From a virus: 64,000 bases of DNA. Of the stretch, positions 42,146 through 52,425 are shown in pieces. The DNA lies in the IMG/VR virus record IMGVR_UViG_3300037180_000021, positions 1-64,000 of that record. The stretch is one strand, 5' to 3'. Below the pieces are notes generated by a model. That model was not told the DNA's origin and searched no databases. It saw only the letters and a list, made by a program, of their open reading frames with translations. Position 1 is the first letter of the stretch. Each line of letters opens with the position of its first letter. The position numbers and the translations under genes are program-made.

Positions 42146-42742
42146 ATGGAACATACCGAGCGCGCCAACGCTGCGCATAAGCAGTATGCTACTGTAATTC
42201 GCGGTGCACCACTTTCTGATATGCTCGACCCAAAAGGTCGCTTCGAGTTTGAGTGTGTTGGTCCTGACGGAAAGGTGAAATGGAGCGACACCATCGACAA
42301 CGTGGTGGTGACTGAAGGTAAGAATCTTGCCTTTAACACCATCTTTGCAGGATCGTCTTACACTCCTACTGGTCCGTATATGGGACTGATTTCATCAGTG
42401 GGTTACTCGGCGACGGCGGCTGGAGACACCGGACTTCAGATCAACGGCACCAACGGCTGGAAAGAGGCTGGTGGCGCAAATGCTCCGACTTACACCGGAA
42501 ATCGTAAGACGTGCGTGTGGTCATCTGCCTCTGCTGGAGCCATCGCGCTGTCGGCTGCGTTGTCATTTGCCATCACCGGCATCGGGACTATCGAGGGCGC
42601 ATTCATCCTTTATGGGAGCACGGCGATTGCCACTAAGGATGATGCTCATGGCACGATCTGGAGCGGTGGGGTGTTCGCTGGCGGCACTCGCGCGGTGCTG
42701 AGCGGAGACACTGTGAACGTCAGCTACTCTGTGAGCATGTAA
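42146..42742 (+). CDS. hypothetical virion-module protein
   Basis: 198-aa ORF. Confidence 0.5.
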   Translation: MEHTERANAAHKQYATVIRGAPLSDMLDPKGRFEFECVGPDGKVKWSDTIDNVVVTEGKNLAFNTIFAGSSYTPTGPYMGLISSVGYSATAAGDTGLQINGTNGWKEAGGANAPTYTGNRKTCVWSSASAGAIALSAALSFAITGIGTIEGAFILYGSTAIATKDDAHGTIWSGGVFAGGTRAVLSGDTVNVSYSVSM

Positions 42743-42745
42743 TTA

Positions 42746-43321
42746 ATGTCAATCTCCACCTCTGGCGTCTTCCGCATCGGGGCAGCGTCCAGCGTGATGG
42801 CCGCCGGGCTAGCTGGCGGTGCGCCGATTTATTCGTTTCGATGGGGCGTACCAACGACGCCAAATTTGAAGGTGGCGCTACGACGGATACGGATCAGCGC
42901 TGGTGATACTTCTGCGGCGTTTACGGCTGGCACGTTCACCTTTCAACTGATTATCGCGCGGTCGTTCACGGCTTCGGACAGTTCTGGCACCGGGATCGCC
43001 CCGGTTAACAATGATGGCAAGCTAAACACGCTTTACGCCAAGTCGCAGATCGCCGATCTGCGCATTGCCAGTACTGCAGCTTTGACGGCTGGGACGCGGA
43101 CGCTCGACGCCCAAGCGCTTTCGTCACTGACCACGAGCGATCAGGCAACAGCTGGCAATTCAATCTTAGCGCCTATCGATATGTTTACCGGGTATGCGGC
43201 CGGTGAGCAGCCAATCATTCTCGCCTCCAACGAAGGCTTCGTCATAGCAGCCACGGTGCCTGCGACGGGGACATGGAGCTTTTCTGTGGAGACTAATTGG
43301 GAAGAAGCGGTGGGATTCTGA
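42746..43321 (+). CDS. hypothetical virion-module protein
   Basis: 191-aa ORF. Confidence 0.5.
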   Translation: MSISTSGVFRIGAASSVMAAGLAGGAPIYSFRWGVPTTPNLKVALRRIRISAGDTSAAFTAGTFTFQLIIARSFTASDSSGTGIAPVNNDGKLNTLYAKSQIADLRIASTAALTAGTRTLDAQALSSLTTSDQATAGNSILAPIDMFTGYAAGEQPIILASNEGFVIAATVPATGTWSFSVETNWEEAVGF

Positions 43322-43322
43322 C

Positions 43323-43715
43323 ATGACAGTAACAACGCCGAATACCTCCACCTCTGGTACCGTCGGTACGCCGTCACCGGCACCGATAGCAACTGAGTCG
43401 CTGGATAATTCAGTAGCAGCAGCAGCAAGCGACAATATTCAGTGGATATCGTTGGTTAATATTGCTGTGCAGATGCGCAATGCGTTGAACCTCATCGCGC
43501 AAGCTCTATCAGTAGCACCTGATTACAGCGGAAGACTTCGTGTTGTCCTTGATACCGGCGCAGGCCAGCAGAGTCTAAATATTGTATCCACTGTAAGTTC
43601 AGTTTCTAGTGTGGCTAAGTTAGGAAGCAGTGGTCCAGATGCAAGCACGATGACGACAGATGCAATGCAAAATGCTTGGGCCAGCTCGATTAATCCAACG
43701 ATAACGAGAACCTAA
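43323..43715 (+). CDS. hypothetical virion-module protein
   Basis: 130-aa ORF. Confidence 0.5.
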   Translation: MTVTTPNTSTSGTVGTPSPAPIATESLDNSVAAAASDNIQWISLVNIAVQMRNALNLIAQALSVAPDYSGRLRVVLDTGAGQQSLNIVSTVSSVSSVAKLGSSGPDASTMTTDAMQNAWASSINPTITRT

Positions 43716-43716
43716 A

Positions 43717-45336
43717 ATGGTGCTGAACCTCAACTGGAAAGCTGGGCTTGACCGTTCGCCGTGGCGGCCGGAGGCACCGTGTATAGCTCTAGGTTCTGCT
43801 GGCACCGCGTTTATCTACGATCAAAGAAACAACAACACCAGATTGCCGTTTATTTTCTTCTATCGGTCTACCGGGATACTTGATGCCTTCAACACGTTCA
43901 CAGGCGACTGGCTTAATGTAACCAGTTCTTTAACCCTCGCAACGGTTGGTGCCGGTTCTTGTGCAATTTTTCATCCGTCGCAAGGTCCCGGTGTTGGGAC
44001 GCTTAGCGGTTCTGGTAGCATCGGTACTATCAGTGCGGGTTCGACCACCACCGTCACACTTTCGACTGTACTTCTTCAAGCCGTAGGTCTGAACCAGCTT
44101 GCTGATCGTGGTGATGGCATCGGTTTTCGCATGCGTGTCATTGGCATGTCGAGCGGCGGTTCTGGTCACACCAACGAAGTTACCATCACCAAGAATACGG
44201 CTGGGACGACCCCGACCATTACATTTACACCGGCATTGGACTTCACTCCGCAAGCTGGTGACGGTTACGAGATATTGTCGGGCAAAGTCTATGTGCTTGG
44301 CATAGGGGCCAGCCCAATTATTAAAATGCTAGATATCGGAACCGGGTACCCATCCAGTGTTGGTTTATCAAACACCAACTTGCCGACCATTGGCACCGAC
44401 AGTTTTTTTCTTGCTACGGCAGAGGTCTATATTTCTAACGACCGCAATCCAGGCGACGGCTTCATAGACAACGGAGCAACATACAATCAGGCTGGGAACA
44501 AAGCCTGCTCGGTGACCGGGTCGCCTACCAGCATCACGATACAGGCGGCTGCGCTCACCAATCCAAGCATTCCGTCACTCGGAACCAACGAGTATCGCAA
44601 CTTTCAGATCAGGATCGTGCAGGACGCAACCGCGCCAACTTCTGTTGGTCAGCGCCGTAACATCACTTCGCACACTTCTGGCAACACGCCGACATTCACT
44701 GTGCCTGCCTTCACTGTAACACCGAGCACGGCAGCGTTGTTCGTTGTCGAGCAGAACAATGATCGTTTGCTGCTGCGAACTTCTGCTTCTACTAACATGT
44801 ACAACTACAGTATCGGCGGTAATGCTTGGGATGCCTCGACAACGTGGGCGGCTGGTGGCACCGGGAATGGCGCTGGAGTAATGATTGCGCCTGCCTTTGG
44901 CATTACCAGAGACCCCACTGGCAATCGTCTGCAAGGGCAGATGTTTGTCTTTACGGGTGGTAATAACGCTAACGTCGATATGTTTGATATCACAGCTGGA
45001 GCAACTGGAGCGTGGACTGCAGCAATTGCCAAAGGTTTTGGTGGCGCTGTCTTGTCGACCACCGGAACTTGCGGTTGCTATGACCCAGTGACTTTAGGTG
45101 GGCAATATTTTCATATTAGTACTGTGGCGGCTTCTTCGGCCGCCCGCATGTCCCGTTTCAATGTTCTGACGCAGACCTTCGAGGCAGGAACCTACATGCC
45201 GTATTTCTGCGGTTCCTCCGTTATAGGGCAACGAATGGCGATGAGTTATGTCTTTGACGGTGCCACAAAATTGGCGGTGCTTTATCAAGAAGTTGCCAAC
45301 GCCATTCAGATGTTTTCGCAGCTCGTACCAATCTAG
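43717..45336 (+). CDS. hypothetical large virion-module protein
   Basis: 539-aa ORF, Gly/Thr/Ser-rich. Confidence 0.55.
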   Translation: MVLNLNWKAGLDRSPWRPEAPCIALGSAGTAFIYDQRNNNTRLPFIFFYRSTGILDAFNTFTGDWLNVTSSLTLATVGAGSCAIFHPSQGPGVGTLSGSGSIGTISAGSTTTVTLSTVLLQAVGLNQLADRGDGIGFRMRVIGMSSGGSGHTNEVTITKNTAGTTPTITFTPALDFTPQAGDGYEILSGKVYVLGIGASPIIKMLDIGTGYPSSVGLSNTNLPTIGTDSFFLATAEVYISNDRNPGDGFIDNGATYNQAGNKACSVTGSPTSITIQAAALTNPSIPSLGTNEYRNFQIRIVQDATAPTSVGQRRNITSHTSGNTPTFTVPAFTVTPSTAALFVVEQNNDRLLLRTSASTNMYNYSIGGNAWDASTTWAAGGTGNGAGVMIAPAFGITRDPTGNRLQGQMFVFTGGNNANVDMFDITAGATGAWTAAIAKGFGGAVLSTTGTCGCYDPVTLGGQYFHISTVAASSAARMSRFNVLTQTFEAGTYMPYFCGSSVIGQRMAMSYVFDGATKLAVLYQEVANAIQMFSQLVPI

Positions 45337-45345
45337 TAGGTTAAG

Positions 45346-46440
45346 ATGTCACTGCTTTTTTTCTTTAATCAATCAAATGGAGCTAGCGCAAATACTTATG
45401 CTGTTTCCATTATTGAGGCAGCGTCGGCGACTGATAGTCTTGGGGGTTCCGCAGTTCAAGCCAACGCCATTATCGAGGTAGCGTCGGCCAATGATAATGT
45501 CAGCGACGTTGCAACACTGCCGATTGTAATTTCAGAAACAGCGTCGGCTGCTGACACAGCATCATCGTTGCTATCAGCCACCGACGTTGCGGTTGAAGCA
45601 GCGGCGGCTTCAGATGTCACGGATGCCGTCACCACACTGTTAGGTGTGGTTTCTGAAGCCGCCAGTGGTGCTGATAACCAAGACGCCTTGCTCAGTACAG
45701 TAGATGGCGTACTGGAGACGGCCTCTGCTGTTGACGTTATAGACGCTCTACTCAGCACCAGCGATGGTATTTCGGAATCGGTTGTTGGCGATGACAGTGT
45801 CACTGCTCTACTTTCAACGGCTGATACGCAGGAAGAGGTTGTTGGCGCTTTTGATGTTCTGACCGACACCGCTGTAGTGAGAAGCTCGATAGCGGAGGCA
45901 GCTGCCGTTTTTGATATGTCCTCGATTGGCGGGGACGTTTTGATGATGACGATCTCGGAGGCAGTGACTGCTTCCGACGCTGCCTCTGACATCGCCACGT
46001 TGCCAAGCACAGTCTCTGAAGTTCTTTTCGCTATCGAGAGCGAGAGCAGCTTAGTAACGGTCTCTGAAGAAACTGTTGAGGCCGCGTTTGCCGACGACCA
46101 GTCATCGGCGTCTGCGTCCGTTCGGGAGACCGTCAGCGAGGCGGCATCGGCCGTTGATACGTCATCGGCGTTGGCGATCCTGCCGATGGTCGTCGCAGAG
46201 AATGCCACGGCGCTCGACATCGCCCGCGCGGCTGGCGTCTTCGTTGTCAGCATCGATGAAGCAGCCGATGCCAGCGATAAGCAGTATTGGCCGATCTTCA
46301 ATAGCATCACGCTCGACGGGGAGCGCAACCGGACCACATTGGCTGGGATGCGAGCGCAGACGGAAATGATAGGGGCGCGAGCGAAGACCACGCTCAAAGG
46401 TGCTGCACGCTCAAGTGTGACGCTCACTGGGAGGCGCTGA
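45346..46440 (+). CDS. protein built from 15 tandem 20-residue repeats
   Basis: 364-aa ORF. See the repeat feature at 45409..46308. Confidence 0.6.
   Translation: MSLLFFFNQSNGASANTYAVSIIEAASATDSLGGSAVQANAIIEVASANDNVSDVATLPIVISETASAADTASSLLSATDVAVEAAAASDVTDAVTTLLGVVSEAASGADNQDALLSTVDGVLETASAVDVIDALLSTSDGISESVVGDDSVTALLSTADTQEEVVGAFDVLTDTAVVRSSIAEAAAVFDMSSIGGDVLMMTISEAVTASDAASDIATLPSTVSEVLFAIESESSLVTVSEETVEAAFADDQSSASASVRETVSEAASAVDTSSALAILPMVVAENATALDIARAAGVFVVSIDEAADASDKQYWPIFNSITLDGERNRTTLAGMRAQTEMIGARAKTTLKGAARSSVTLTGRR
45409..46308 (+). repeat. 15 x 60-nt in-frame degenerate tandem repeats
   Basis: Exactly 20-aa units with pattern h-x-E-x-A/V-x-A-x-D. Examples: IIEAASATDSLGGSAVQANA, IIEVASANDNVSDVATLPIV, ISETASAADTASSLLSATDV, through to SIDEAADASDKQYWPIFNSI. 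Confidence 0.85.
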
Positions 46441-46829
46441 TGTCCTGGCAGGATCAACCAACTGGACCGGACGTTCAGAACTTCTCGATCTCAGCGGGAA
46501 ATCTATTTGAGGTGACTTTCGACTTTTCAGGCGTCACCGGGCTGGACAGCCTTGACGGCTATACGGTTTATTGGAGCGCCTACGAGGAAACCGTTGGCGT
46601 GCCTTTAGCTGGCGTTTCTGCTGTCATCACCAAGTCGTCATTAAGCGGCGGCGGCATCGAGCTTCTTGACTCGCCGTCGACTAGCTGTGTCATGACACTC
46701 AGTGGAATAGACACCGTTGGCTTGCTGCGTAACTACTATCATGAAGCGAGCATCGTCGATGCTGGTGGCAACCAAATCACGCCGACTACCGGCATCATGA
46801 CTGTGCTCGGAACTGAAAATAGAGAATAG
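46440..46829 (+). CDS. hypothetical protein
   Basis: 129-aa ORF, ATGA-type coupling. Confidence 0.5.
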   Translation: MSWQDQPTGPDVQNFSISAGNLFEVTFDFSGVTGLDSLDGYTVYWSAYEETVGVPLAGVSAVITKSSLSGGGIELLDSPSTSCVMTLSGIDTVGLLRNYYHEASIVDAGGNQITPTTGIMTVLGTENRE

Positions 46830-46839
46830 GGGAGGAACC

Positions 46840-47271
46840 GTGGATGTTAGACTTATCTCCGCCAGCATCGCCGCATACTACGCGGAGGTCGTGGCCGAAC
46901 TGGCGCGACATAGTACTAATCCTGAAGATCGCGGCGCTCGTGTATCTAGTGAATTTCGTGATACATTTCTTTCTCATCGGGCTAAGCAAATGACACCGAA
47001 ATTTCGTGGTGTCGGTGAGGCACTGAAGAAATTCCAACACAACTTGGATGCCGATGCCTCCAAGTTGATGGAGCGCATCGAGGGCGCAGACCACCGACGC
47101 GAGGCTGTCTTCACCAAGTCTCACGCGGCGCTGGCAGACGCGAACGCCTCGCTCGACGAGGTCGACACGTTTCTATCTGATCTTGAGAAGACCAACGCAG
47201 GCCCTCCCTTAGACGACTCGCCGCGCTCGTCAGAGGTGGCTCAGCGGCAGCGAGAGTGGAATGACCGTTGA
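46840..47271 (+). CDS. hypothetical helical protein
   Basis: 143-aa ORF (GTG start in the track). Confidence 0.45.
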   Translation: MDVRLISASIAAYYAEVVAELARHSTNPEDRGARVSSEFRDTFLSHRAKQMTPKFRGVGEALKKFQHNLDADASKLMERIEGADHRREAVFTKSHAALADANASLDEVDTFLSDLEKTNAGPPLDDSPRSSEVAQRQREWNDR

Positions 47272-49504
47272 ACTTTTTCCCAGCGATTTTCTCGACACGT
47301 CGGAGGCGCTGAGGAAGCTCGCGGCGTCTATCAATACTGGTGGCGGTGTCAGTCTCACCGTCACTGATGGCACACATACTGTAAACGCGGCGGGGATGAT
47401 CACTGTCTCTGGCGCAACAGTAGGTGGTACGTCCCCTAATGCTACGCTGGCGATAAGTGGTGGTATCACCGGAACGCGAGGACTTCCTGCCACTTTCGAT
47501 TCAGCAAATGCGCTAGCCCAAGCAGCAACAGCCAACTGCCCGATCTATTATTTGAGCGAATGGATCGTCGGTGACGGGTCTGCTGATGATACTGCGGCTT
47601 TGAACGCCGCCTTTGCGCTCGCCGCCGGAGTTTCAACAGGAGCAACATTTATTCTGAATGGTATCTGTAACATCTCCGATACCATCGTGATTGGCGACAA
47701 CACCGGCTCTGACGCTGCCCCAACTAGCTTCATCAATCTGATCTGTACCGGAGGTGCTGGGGCTGCGCCATTTCGCTGGAGTGGCCCTAGTGACGGACGC
47801 CCGGCTATTCTGTTTGCCAGGAACAAGTATTTCTACGTTCGCGGCCTCGGCCTACAAAACAACGGAGAAGTAGGTTCCTCGGTTGGTCTTCTGTTAGGTG
47901 GCAGCGGTGGTACGGATAGTGGGACCGCGACACTGGCAGCGGTCTTTGATAAATGCTCTGTTTCAGGTTTCAATACCGGCATTATAGACGGCAACTACGG
48001 TGGCAGTTCTGAGATACTGTGGAACAGTCTCAGTTTATATAATTGTAATACTGGATGGGTATCTGATGACTTCAACACACTCAATCATGTCTTCGTCATG
48101 CTCCAGATGGGTGGCTGCGGCGTTGGATTAGACAGTGGTGCCGGTGAGGGCTTCCACGTCTATGGTGGCTCATCGTCGCAATCATCGATTTGCGACTTCA
48201 ACGTCCAATCGAATGGCGCTTGCGACGTGACTTCTTTCCGCAACGAGAACTCGGTCGGCTTTGTCAGGGGACAAGGCGGCTCGATCTTGCTCAAGAACTG
48301 CAACCAGAAGGCGTCTGTCCTCGCTGGTGATTTTAACGCTGCTGTTCCTGGCGGTGTATCCGTATCTGGTGTGTTTGACCGTTTGGTGATCGATAACTGC
48401 CAGTTGGACGGGTGGGTGTCGCTTGGTGCTCTAGGCGGAGCCAACTCGATAGCGATCACGAACTCGTTTGTCCAAGTTGACCCCAACAACAATATGCCGA
48501 TATCATTACAGAGTAGTGACTTCGGAACAATAACCAGATTGTTTCTTAAGCACAACGAGAGCATACAGTCCAATCACATCAACACCAACGATTTTGACGG
48601 GTTCGTCACGGGCGGCGGCTTCAATGCGCCGACCCAAACGACGCTCCTTAGTTCTGTCATCAAGAAGGTTCAGCAGGACCAAACACCTATTATTAACTCC
48701 GGGCAGACCTACGGTGCCGACACCCTCGCCATGGGCTATGTCAGGCACCTTGGAGAGGGCCCCCTGCCTGGGATCACGACCGCGAGTGTGCAATCTGAGA
48801 CGACCAGCGCGGCTACCTTAGCTGGTAGCAACATTCTGACGGTCTCAGCTGTGCCGTCTTGGTTGACGCCTGGGATGATCGTGACCGACGCGACGGCACC
48901 GGGCGCCTTGCCCTACAGTACTTCTGTGGACCACTTTAGTGCGACCGAGATTTTCCTCACTGCCAATGTGGTAAGCCCTGGAGTAGGTTCAGGTGACACG
49001 CTCAACTTCTACACTTCGTACGGCGTCTCTTACAGCGGCAACAATCTGCGAGTGTCAGGCACCTTCGGGTCAAGCGGGACGCTGGACTTCACGTTCACTA
49101 GAGATGTCACGGTCAACACTGGGACAGGTCAGAACAATGTTCTGGTGGCCGTTTCTGGTATCTTCATGCCGACCGACGTAGGAAAACCCATAGCCATTGC
49201 AGGTCATGGAAATCAGGCTTGGACCGACTGGTACGGTTACGGAGTGAAATACATCGATGCGACGAACCTGTTGGTGCAGCCAGCGGGTGGGCAAGCTACT
49301 CCATACGTACCTTCAGGTGTCGGCAACGCGACGGCGGTGATCGGACAGAACGAACCAGACGCAAACTACATTGTCGCCAGCATTGTGGGCAATGCTGCTG
49401 CCCCTGAAACTTATTCCATAACCGCACAGACGGCATCCGGCTTCACCGTGGCGTCGTCCAATGCAAGCTCGACAGCGACAGTGACTTTCCTACTGATCCG
49501 GTGA
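47261..49504 (+). CDS. pectate-lyase-fold tailspike/depolymerase-like protein
   Basis: N-terminal MTVELFPSDFLDTSEALRKLAASINTGGG, then GDGSADDTAALNAAFALAAGVSTGATFILNGICNISDTIVIG (Pectate_lyase_3-like start). Confidence 0.7.
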   Translation: MTVELFPSDFLDTSEALRKLAASINTGGGVSLTVTDGTHTVNAAGMITVSGATVGGTSPNATLAISGGITGTRGLPATFDSANALAQAATANCPIYYLSEWIVGDGSADDTAALNAAFALAAGVSTGATFILNGICNISDTIVIGDNTGSDAAPTSFINLICTGGAGAAPFRWSGPSDGRPAILFARNKYFYVRGLGLQNNGEVGSSVGLLLGGSGGTDSGTATLAAVFDKCSVSGFNTGIIDGNYGGSSEILWNSLSLYNCNTGWVSDDFNTLNHVFVMLQMGGCGVGLDSGAGEGFHVYGGSSSQSSICDFNVQSNGACDVTSFRNENSVGFVRGQGGSILLKNCNQKASVLAGDFNAAVPGGVSVSGVFDRLVIDNCQLDGWVSLGALGGANSIAITNSFVQVDPNNNMPISLQSSDFGTITRLFLKHNESIQSNHINTNDFDGFVTGGGFNAPTQTTLLSSVIKKVQQDQTPIINSGQTYGADTLAMGYVRHLGEGPLPGITTASVQSETTSAATLAGSNILTVSAVPSWLTPGMIVTDATAPGALPYSTSVDHFSATEIFLTANVVSPGVGSGDTLNFYTSYGVSYSGNNLRVSGTFGSSGTLDFTFTRDVTVNTGTGQNNVLVAVSGIFMPTDVGKPIAIAGHGNQAWTDWYGYGVKYIDATNLLVQPAGGQATPYVPSGVGNATAVIGQNEPDANYIVASIVGNAAAPETYSITAQTASGFTVASSNASSTATVTFLLIR

Positions 49505-49541
49505 GCATACAAAAGATAATTGATTTAGGAAACTCAGTAAC

Positions 49542-49916
49542 ATGGTCACAGCAGTCGCCGCCCCGACGTCTTTCTCCATCAAGGCCAAGTTCCCTGAGTT
49601 CTCTGGTGTGCCGGACCCGGTCGTGGAGTTCGCCATCGAGGAAGCTAGCTTGGCCGTAGACAGCACGTGGCTGCCGAGCAATCAGCTCATGGCCATCTCG
49701 TACCTGGCTGCGCACTTTCTCATGATCTCGCTCTCCGCGGCCGAGTCCGCCAACGGGCAGATGGTGTCTAGGGAGGACATCGGCGAGATCAGCATATCGT
49801 ATCGCTCCCCGGAGGCGCCGCAGGAGAACTTTGACACCGACTTATACAGCACCCCCTACGGCGTGCGTTTTGCTGATCTGCTTTCCAAGAACTTCCCGGC
49901 GGTCGCGATCATATGA
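49542..49916 (+). CDS. head-tail adaptor-like protein (DUF4054-like)
   Basis: FSIKAKFPEFSGVPDPVVEFAIEEASLAVDSTWLPSNQLMAISYLAAHFL resembles the DUF4054 pattern. Confidence 0.5.
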   Translation: MVTAVAAPTSFSIKAKFPEFSGVPDPVVEFAIEEASLAVDSTWLPSNQLMAISYLAAHFLMISLSAAESANGQMVSREDIGEISISYRSPEAPQENFDTDLYSTPYGVRFADLLSKNFPAVAII

Positions 49917-50293
49917 GAGACTATCTACGCACTCAGCGCGTGGCACGCGGCATGATCTACCGTGCCGGCATGGCAGCTATTCTGCGACGTGCTGGCGAGC
50001 CGGATCGTCCCTGCACCGTGGTGATCCAGGACTACACGTCCATGGAGCGCATGGGCAAGATGTATGATCCGATCGACAAGAAGGCGCTGATCGCCGCCGA
50101 CACCGTGACGCTAGGCACGCCTCCGGACCGCGACCTAGACGTGCTGATCACCTATCGGCAGCCGATGAGCAATCCGCCGACTGAGTACCAGAAGTTCAGG
50201 ATCACCATGCCAGTGGTCCCTCTCAGCCCTGGCGGCATCGTGGTCTACTGGAAGCTGACCGTGCGCGGCAGCGAGCCACCGAGCCTAGCATGA
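49913..50293 (+). CDS. hypothetical head-tail joining protein
   Basis: 126-aa ORF. Call is by position. Confidence 0.4.
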   Translation: MRDYLRTQRVARGMIYRAGMAAILRRAGEPDRPCTVVIQDYTSMERMGKMYDPIDKKALIAADTVTLGTPPDRDLDVLITYRQPMSNPPTEYQKFRITMPVVPLSPGGIVVYWKLTVRGSEPPSLA

Positions 50294-50826
50294 TCGACAA
50301 ACGCGAGCTGATCCTGGTGCGACTGTTCACCCTGCTGGGAGAGCAGCCTGGCATCAAGACCGTGTACCGCAACGGCAGCCAGCTGACCGAGGCCGAGAAG
50401 CCTGGCGCCGTGCTGCTGGACGGCACCGAGGAGATACTGACCAGCCCGGCGCGGCGCTCTATCGTGCAGATGCCGCCGGCCGAGTTCGTGCTGCACCCGC
50501 AGATATTTGTCGTGCTGCCGATGGCAGACAACATAACGACAAACCTCAACGTCACCGTGCTGGGGGTGCCTCACGCCGCCACCGAGGTCGGTGGCCAGAT
50601 GATGAGCCCGCTGGGGCCATTGATCTCTCAGTATCGTGCGGCAATGATCAGCGCCATCCTCAATGACCAGAGCCTGGTGGCCCTGGTAGGCGCCAACGGT
50701 CAGATCATCTACGAAAGGATGGAGACCGACATGCAGACAGGCAGCACCGTGGGCGCGCTAGGTGCGACTGTGATGTTCCAATTCGCGCTCACCTACGTCC
50801 TCAACCCAAGCCAGCTGTCTCAATAA
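50290..50826 (+). CDS. hypothetical head-tail joining/tail terminator-position protein
   Basis: 178-aa ORF. Call is by position. Confidence 0.4.
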   Translation: MIDKRELILVRLFTLLGEQPGIKTVYRNGSQLTEAEKPGAVLLDGTEEILTSPARRSIVQMPPAEFVLHPQIFVVLPMADNITTNLNVTVLGVPHAATEVGGQMMSPLGPLISQYRAAMISAILNDQSLVALVGANGQIIYERMETDMQTGSTVGALGATVMFQFALTYVLNPSQLSQ

Positions 50827-50841
50827 TAAGGAGCAAATCCA

Positions 50842-51666
50842 ATGCCTGGCATCTTCTCGCCGTCAGTCTTCAACATCCAAGTACCGAAGGGCTTCGCGCT
50901 GTTCACCCCGCTGGGGGCGACGGTCGCCACCCACCTTGGCAACATGACCAAGTTCACCTACACGCCGGCGGTGGAGATCAAGCCGCACTTTACCGAGATG
51001 GCCGGCACCAAGCTGCAGGACTTCTCGGCCATCCTGTCCAAGGGCGGCGCCATCAAGGCCAACGCCGAGGAGCACACGGCGTTCAACCTGTCGATGTTCT
51101 TCAATGGCACCGTCAACTACAGCAACCCGAATGCGGTTACCGTCAACATCTTCGACCTCAACGCCCAGATCCAAGGCGCGCTGAGGTTCGTGGGCACCAA
51201 CGACGTCGGCCCGCGCTGGGACTTCCAGCTCACCAACGTGCTGATCGCACCGTCTGGCGACTACGAGTTCGTGGCCGACGATTATACGGCGCTGCCGCTG
51301 ACCATGACGCACGTGGTCGACCAGAACCTCACGTTCGGCCGGACTATCTTGCTGCCGGACGTGGCCTCCATCGCCCCGGAGAACTACCTGCTGCCGTTCA
51401 TCACCGGCACTATCAACCAGGGCGACATCCCGGCGTTCGCCCAGGTAGGGGAGACCATGACCGCCAACATCGGCCAGTGGGTGGCGGTGTCGACGCTGGC
51501 CTTCCAGTGGTACAGCAACAACGTGTTGATCGTCGGTGCCACTAATCAGAATTACGTGCCGAACGCACACGACGTCGGCAACCCGCTGACGGTGGAGGTC
51601 ATCGCCTACAACGACAACGGCCACTACGCCGTTACTTCCGGCCCAACTCTGCCAGTTCACTCGTAA
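50842..51666 (+). CDS. major tail (tube) protein with C-terminal Ig-like domain
   Basis: Sits immediately before the chaperone and tape-measure genes. The C-terminus MTANIGQWVAVSTLAFQWYSNNVLIVGATNQNYVPNAHDVGNPLTVEVIAYN looks Big_2/Ig-like. Confidence 0.6.
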   Translation: MPGIFSPSVFNIQVPKGFALFTPLGATVATHLGNMTKFTYTPAVEIKPHFTEMAGTKLQDFSAILSKGGAIKANAEEHTAFNLSMFFNGTVNYSNPNAVTVNIFDLNAQIQGALRFVGTNDVGPRWDFQLTNVLIAPSGDYEFVADDYTALPLTMTHVVDQNLTFGRTILLPDVASIAPENYLLPFITGTINQGDIPAFAQVGETMTANIGQWVAVSTLAFQWYSNNVLIVGATNQNYVPNAHDVGNPLTVEVIAYNDNGHYAVTSGPTLPVHS

Positions 51667-51667
51667 G

Positions 51668-51898
51668 ATGCAGATCGGCCGCGTCCTTAATGCTACTCGC
51701 GTTCTTGGCAAGAGCCAGGGCTACCTTGGCTTACCGGTGCGAGATGAGGTTGTTAGTGGGGTACCATCAATGCTGACGTCGTGGCACCCTACTCCGAAAG
51801 AACTCGAGGCGCTTAACACGGGTGCTCCGGTGCACGTGCGCATTTTGGGTAGCTCACACCCGCCGATCAAAGTGGGCGTCGGAGAAGTACCAAAATAA
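51668..51898 (+). CDS. hypothetical protein
   Basis: 76-aa ORF. Confidence 0.4.
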   Translation: MQIGRVLNATRVLGKSQGYLGLPVRDEVVSGVPSMLTSWHPTPKELEALNTGAPVHVRILGSSHPPIKVGVGEVPK

Positions 51899-51909
51899 AG
51901 GGAGATTTC

Positions 51910-52425
51910 ATGGCGAGCCTGCTCGACATCGCGCCCCTGACCGGAGAAGTCCCGGTCAGGGGCACTAGCATCACTACCTACGGCGTCACCGTGGCGGGGG
52001 TGTTGTACCTGGCGCGGGAGTTCGAGGAGGTGCGGCTGCTGATCGACGGTCGCATCTCTGAGATGAAGCCGGAGAAGCTCATGACCATGGCGCCTAAGAC
52101 CATCGCGCACGTCATCGCCGTGGGCACCACCGACCCCGGGCTGAAGGAAGAGCCGTGGCTGGCTGCCGTCAGCAAGGGAGCGCTGCGGGCCAAGAGCCTG
52201 GCCATCGGGGATCAGATGGCGTTGGTAGTCAGCATCTTCGACCTCACGTTCGCGGCGGGCTTTGGCCCTTTCATCGTCGCCCTCAATTCCTTAACCCGAG
52301 GGCTAAGCAGCGCGCAGGGGCCAGGAAACGAACCGCCGCCACCGAGATCAGGAAGTGCTATCAGCGCTTCATTGGTGACGGACATCAGCCAGCTGCCGCA
52401 AGGCAACTCACTCCACGCCAACTAG
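51910..52425 (+). CDS. tail assembly chaperone (G-like, zero frame)
   Basis: Call is by position. An overlapping -1 frame ORF extends 134 nt past its stop. Confidence 0.55.
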   Translation: MASLLDIAPLTGEVPVRGTSITTYGVTVAGVLYLAREFEEVRLLIDGRISEMKPEKLMTMAPKTIAHVIAVGTTDPGLKEEPWLAAVSKGALRAKSLAIGDQMALVVSIFDLTFAAGFGPFIVALNSLTRGLSSAQGPGNEPPPPRSGSAISASLVTDISQLPQGNSLHAN

